Origin: Promethearchaeota archaeon
GTDB lineage: Archaea > Asgardarchaeota > Lokiarchaeia > Sigyniarchaeales > SOKP01
Direction of reading: 5' to 3'
Length of the DNA stretch: 17,408 nucleotides
NCBI GenBank assembly: GCA_048938005.1
Contig: JBHLMQ010000008.1
Coordinates: forward strand, 1-17,408
Shown here: positions 15,648 through 17,408 of the stretch, piece after piece
How positions within the stretch are numbered: position 1 is the first letter of the stretch
Layout of the letters: each line of letters begins with the position of its first letter
Made by a program: the position numbers and the translations under genes
Notes under the pieces: generated by a model
Database searches by the model: none
Seen by the model: the letters and a program-made list of their open reading frames with translations, nothing else
What the model was told of the DNA's origin: nothing

Positions 15648-16817
15648 TTATTTTTTTACTAAGAGTTCCTTTATTTTTTCTTTTCCACCATTGTTAAAGA
15701 AATCCTTGATTTTATCCGAATACTCTGGTAGAAGTTGTAAGAATGGTAATATTGCACGCGATAATGAACTAAATGCTTCATTACCATCTCCCATGATGAA
15801 CATTTTATCTGGATTTAAATTTTTAAAAACTTCTGGTAATATATTTGTCAATTGTACTGCTAAGAATCTCTCATCGGCTGTACTCATAGCTTCAACTTGT
15901 TTCTGGAAACCTTCAGCTTGAGCAAGCATTTGTTGTTTGATATTTTCCGCTTCACCCTCCGCCTGAGCAATTAGTTTTCGTTTAATTTGTTGAGCATTAG
16001 CATCAGCTTCAATAATCTTTTTCTGTCTTTCACCATCAGCTTCAATTTTCTTACGCTCTCTTTCTTGCTCTGCTATTGCAATTTCTTTATCCTTCCTTCG
16101 CAATTCAATTTCTTTTTCTACTTGTTGATTTTGAATCCCAATTTCATTTTGGACTTCTAATTCCCTTAATCTAGATTCTCTCTCAGCTTCAGCCTTAGCT
16201 ATTCTAGCTTTTCTTGCCTCAATTGCCTGTTTTACTGCCTCCATATTCTTCTTTAAACCCGGTTCTAAAATGTTTACTTCTCGTATTTCTATTGATTCAA
16301 TTACAACTCCCCAATCTGCTGTTAATTCGTGAATTTCTTTACTTACAATATTTATTATTTCTCGACGTTCCCGAATTACTTTTTCGATTGGCATATTAGC
16401 GCAAGTAGTACGAATAATTGCTTCTGCAGCATTCTTAAGAATTTTTTCTACATAGTTATCATCTTTAGGAACCCATGAGACGGCACTAAACGCTTTTTCA
16501 GGATCAATTACTTTCCAAATTAACATTCCTACAATTGAAATGTTTTGATATTCCATTGAAACAACTTGTTCGTGAGCTTCTAATGTTGTTTGAATACTTG
16601 TTGTAGGTATAACAAGATATTCATCAATTAAAGGTAATAGCCATAAACTTCCTCCCAATCCCGCATGTTTTACTTTACCATTACGTAAATGTATGACAAA
16701 CTGGTTTGTTTTAAATTTTCTATATCTTGTTGCCATGAAAATTAAAAATAAGAACGCTACAATTATTATTATAACAACTAGCCAAGTAATCCATGTATAT
16801 ACCTCTTGAAACAACAT
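15648..16817 (-). CDS. SPFH/band-7 flotillin-like protein
   Basis: N-terminal TM, SPFH domain ('A.IR.TCANM.IE.VIRER..I...V.KE.....ADWGVVIESIEIREV'), AE/EA-rich flotillin coiled coil ('AQAEGEAENIKQQMLAQAEG'); GGAGGT RBS upstream. Confidence 0.92.
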   Translation of the reverse strand: MLFQEVYTWITWLVVIIIIVAFLFLIFMATRYRKFKTNQFVIHLRNGKVKHAGLGGSLWLLPLIDEYLVIPTTSIQTTLEAHEQVVSMEYQNISIVGMLIWKVIDPEKAFSAVSWVPKDDNYVEKILKNAAEAIIRTTCANMPIEKVIRERREIINIVSKEIHELTADWGVVIESIEIREVNILEPGLKKNMEAVKQAIEARKARIAKAEAERESRLRELEVQNEIGIQNQQVEKEIELRRKDKEIAIAEQERERKKIEADGERQKKIIEADANAQQIKRKLIAQAEGEAENIKQQMLAQAEGFQKQVEAMSTADERFLAVQLTNILPEVFKNLNPDKMFIMGDGNEAFSSLSRAILPFLQLLPEYSDKIKDFFNNGGKEKIKELLVKK

Positions 16818-16926
16818 CTCTTTATTTTTTACCTCCTAATTTTTTATTTAAATATATTTTTAACATTTTTTTTTAAAAATTCTAAATTTTGATTACTATT
16901 TTCATTTAATACCACTTTTACTTCAT

Positions 16927-17406
16927 TCAATATCGAATTGAGCTTACTTTATTATCAACTAATAAAAAACCATCTTTTATATCGCAGATATAAACTTCTT
17001 CTCCCTTCTCGAAGGACGAATCAATATTTAGTGGTTTTACATGAATTCTTTCAAATTTCATTGGGTTATTGGAATGAATTTTGATAACTCCACCTCTCCT
17101 ATCTACATCCAAGACAATGACTCCTTTTTGTCCAATTAAATTTTGAGTAGAAGAAATACTATAGAATCTAGATTTTGCTATCTTTTTCCAGGTAGTAGAA
17201 ATGAGTTTGTTAAATAGATATGTTATTGCTAATGTTGCGAAAAATATGAGAAATTTCACTTCACTACCGAAAACGTAATAGAATAAGATTCCAGATATCC
17301 CGAAAAATAATAAAGATGTAGAAAATAATAACATGAAAGGAGCTGGAGTTGTATCATTAATTAAACCAGAATCTCCGGTATCATCAAAATGATCTACATG
17401 ATCGTT
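16927..17406 (-). CDS. NfeD-like (YuaF-type) membrane protein with C-terminal OB-fold (5'-partial)
   Basis: The frame is open to the window end (NDHVDHFDDTGDSGLINDTTPAPF-M...), showing the His/Asp-rich linker. TM helices are followed by 'LIGQKG.IV......GG.IKI....F.KGEEVYI.DI....LLV'. It lies directly upstream of the flotillin gene, the classic pairing. Confidence 0.85.
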   Translation of the reverse strand, partial: NDHVDHFDDTGDSGLINDTTPAPFMLLFSTSLLFFGISGILFYYVFGSEVKFLIFFATLAITYLFNKLISTTWKKIAKSRFYSISSTQNLIGQKGVIVLDVDRRGGVIKIHSNNPMKFERIHVKPLNIDSSFEKGEEVYICDIKDGFLLVDNKVSSIRY

Positions 17407-17408
17407 AT

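Noticed and set aside
15691-16399. Plus-strand ORFs 15691-15921 and 16214-16399
   Set aside because: Antisense to the flotillin gene, with no independent support.

Overview
AT-rich archaeal chromosomal window, most likely Asgard (Lokiarchaeia-like). This is inferred from CCA-less tRNAs with bulge-helix-bulge (BHB) introns, GGTGA/GGAGGT ribosome-binding sites, archaea-specific families and ESCRT-like domains. In order it holds: the 3' part of a large repeat-rich surface glycoprotein; a COG1340-like coiled-coil protein; a Cys-rich membrane-anchored protein; a DUF2299 protein; a 655-aa protein read as HhH-HhH-Bro1-steadiness box, followed by a 2TM-winged-helix partner; an Arg-rich/TM/zinc-ribbon protein; a tRNA-Thr(GGT)-tRNA-Met(CAT) pair, each with a non-canonical 43/44 intron; YhhN; a PNPOx-like/MarR pair with a tandem palindromic operator; an 833-aa surface protein with three tandem phage tail-fibre collar/HxH needle modules on an Ig-like stalk; and an NfeD-flotillin-PLDc_N-beta-carbonic anhydrase cluster. 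The strongest leads are the putative DNA-binding ESCRT-adaptor module (5967-8481), the single-chain pseudo-trimeric tail-fibre adhesin (11627-14128) and the intron-rich tRNAs. All domain calls are by-eye motif recognition, not database searches.
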